Assembly: GCA_030141605.1 (NCBI GenBank)
Contig: JAQGDQ010000613.1
Span: 63,929 to 127,928 of the forward strand
DNA length: 64,000 nt
Origin: Tubiluchus corallicola
Taxonomy: Eukaryota; Animalia; Priapulida
Reading direction: 5' to 3'
Positions 56,337 through 64,000 of this stretch are shown in pieces. A program made the position numbers and the translations under genes. A model generated the notes under the pieces. It was not told the DNA's origin, made no database searches, and saw nothing but the letters and a program-made list of their open reading frames with translations. Every line of letters starts with the position of its first letter. Position 1 is the first letter of the stretch.

Positions 56337-57197
56337 AATCTACAGTAGTTATAATATAACTTTTGAAATAAATAGTTTTTCCACTATAGTTACGACTACA
56401 ATATATATATGCAGACAGAGATACTGATACATCGATACATTGAAAGATCTGTCAGTGTGAAATACTTTTGAAACCATCAATTCCTCTTTGCTCTTTAATG
56501 GCTTCCCGACGACTGGTGGCATTTTGCACGCATGATTTTTTATTTCTGTATTACATTTCACCACAGATTATATCTGGTTATTCGGCAAGTGTTTCCTCAT
56601 TCTGCAGATATAGCAGTGGCTTCATCGCGGCAACTTTTATTTGAGCTATAGGAATAATCCCACCGAGTGTTGAACCACACACACCTCACAAAATGTCTTT
56701 GAAATGATATGTTCTGTCACTCAGCTGTCGTACGTTTTTTGCATTAACACACTTTAATTTGGAAAAACTTGAAAGTAAAAATAAAGACCTACGCATGCGC
56801 AGATTGCAATTACTAGTACTGAGTTTATCAGTCAGAATTGTTTACACATACTTGAGCAGACGCAAATTAAGAAGTCGACGAACAAGAAAAGGCCATTAAA
56901 AAACTTCAAAATAAAGCAAATGGGAAAAAGTTCTGACTCGTGATATTTTCGTATCTTGTGTATTAAGACCAAAACACTTGGAAGTTGCCTTAATTAATAA
57001 AAACAATGACTTTGATACACGGGTGTAAAACTAGAGTAAATTTTTCAGCTGGCAAAGAGTAATCAACATGGATTTATGTGTAACTGTGATGATTAGTGTC
57101 TTTGTCTTTTTGTATTTTTACACAAAAATTAGCCAGAAAAATGACTACAAGGTACTTGAAATGAAAACCTAACCAATGATAAAGAAATTCTTTAAAG

Positions 57198-57520
57198 CAA
57201 CTCATGTATAGATAACTCCTACACAGCTAACTCACATACAACTAACTCACATGCAGATAGCTCATATATGTATGTGTAGATATACACAGATATATGTAGA
57301 TATGTAGATAACTGATATACACAGACAATTTATATACATTTAACTCATATGTAGATAACACATATACATATAACTAATAATTATGTAGATGGTTCGTATA
57401 CAGGTAACTCATATACAGATAACTCAGATATAGCTAACTCATATGTAGATAACTCATTTACAGATATTTCATATACAGATATCTCATATACAACTAACTC
57501 ATACGTAAGTAACTCATTTT
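57198..57520. repeat. Degenerate ~16-bp minisatellite (agataactcatatac)
   Basis: Recurring taactcatat(a/g)(c/t)aga units. Confidence 0.75.
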
Positions 57521-58063
57521 CAAGAAGTTCAGCTCAGACGTCATATCTAACAGGCACGTCAACCAGTGAATCTTAAAGGACATGTCATTATGACTGGAGA
57601 CACTATTTTACCCAAGACCACAAGAGCAGCTAACTAGGAGTCTGGGGGAACGCTGTAAGCTCCATTTTGCTGCATTTGACATATTGGAGGCCTCTAAGAG
57701 CACTTTAAGACAACTTTTGTGTTCTAATGCAGTTTATTTTGGCTAAAACAAGTAAAACTTAGTATTTACAGTTTTTTTGTCGATCTTGTATCACCACTCA
57801 AAAGAATTAATTTAATCGACCTTTTTTGCAAATAACGTTCAACAGGAATTTCTTTGTACATTTTGTACATTTCGTCGGCGGCATTCCAGGGGTATCCGAT
57901 GGCGGTTTTAATTCATTTTTTACATGCTCCAACTGTAACAGTTTTACAAACATACAGGACCTGTACAGGAGCTAGAGGGCTTGCAAGGGATATGTCTGAC
58001 CCAGTTTCTCTGTTAAAAAGACTAACTTGAACAGTGTTTAGATGAAATACGTATTTAAGCTGT

Positions 58064-63824
<5,761 letters not shown>

Positions 63825-63825
63825 C

Positions 63826-63906
<81 letters not shown>

Positions 63907-64000
63907 TTCTCTTTTTCTGTATCTTCTCTCCCCTTTTCTCTCTCTCTCTCTGGCAACGTTTCACACGCTACTCTGCACGTAAATAGTTTAGTACGTATTT

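Noticed and set aside
55956-56348. Poly-Val ORF on the + strand
   Set aside because: Antisense reading of the microsatellite and GPCR start

Overview
AT-rich, intron-containing animal (probably invertebrate) genomic DNA. I reconstructed five genes by hand from GT-AG sites and reading-frame continuity. (1) The 3' part of a coiled-coil, Ser-rich protein gene resembling CCSER1/2 (+, 237-9346). (2) A complete 9-exon HIF1AN/FIH-1 (-, 18005-34208). (3) A complete 15-exon TM9SF3 (+, 34379-50189), head-to-head with HIF1AN with only 170 bp between the ATGs. (4) A single-ORF class A peptide-type GPCR (-, 54776-56095), preceded by an in-frame poly-Thr microsatellite. (5) The 3' part of an astacin metalloprotease with three ShK domains (-, 58064-63031). 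Introns and spacers hold many non-autonomous transposons (hAT, MULE, Tc1/pogo, Kolobok-like, a solo LTR, tRNA-SINEs, LINE and Penelope remnants), several with readable TSDs. The most unusual structure is a ~1.1 kb palindrome (about 62693-63823) that pairs the astacin catalytic exon and both of its splice sites with a disabled antisense copy. Family names come from motif recognition by eye, not database searches, and repeat boundaries are approximate unless a TSD is given.
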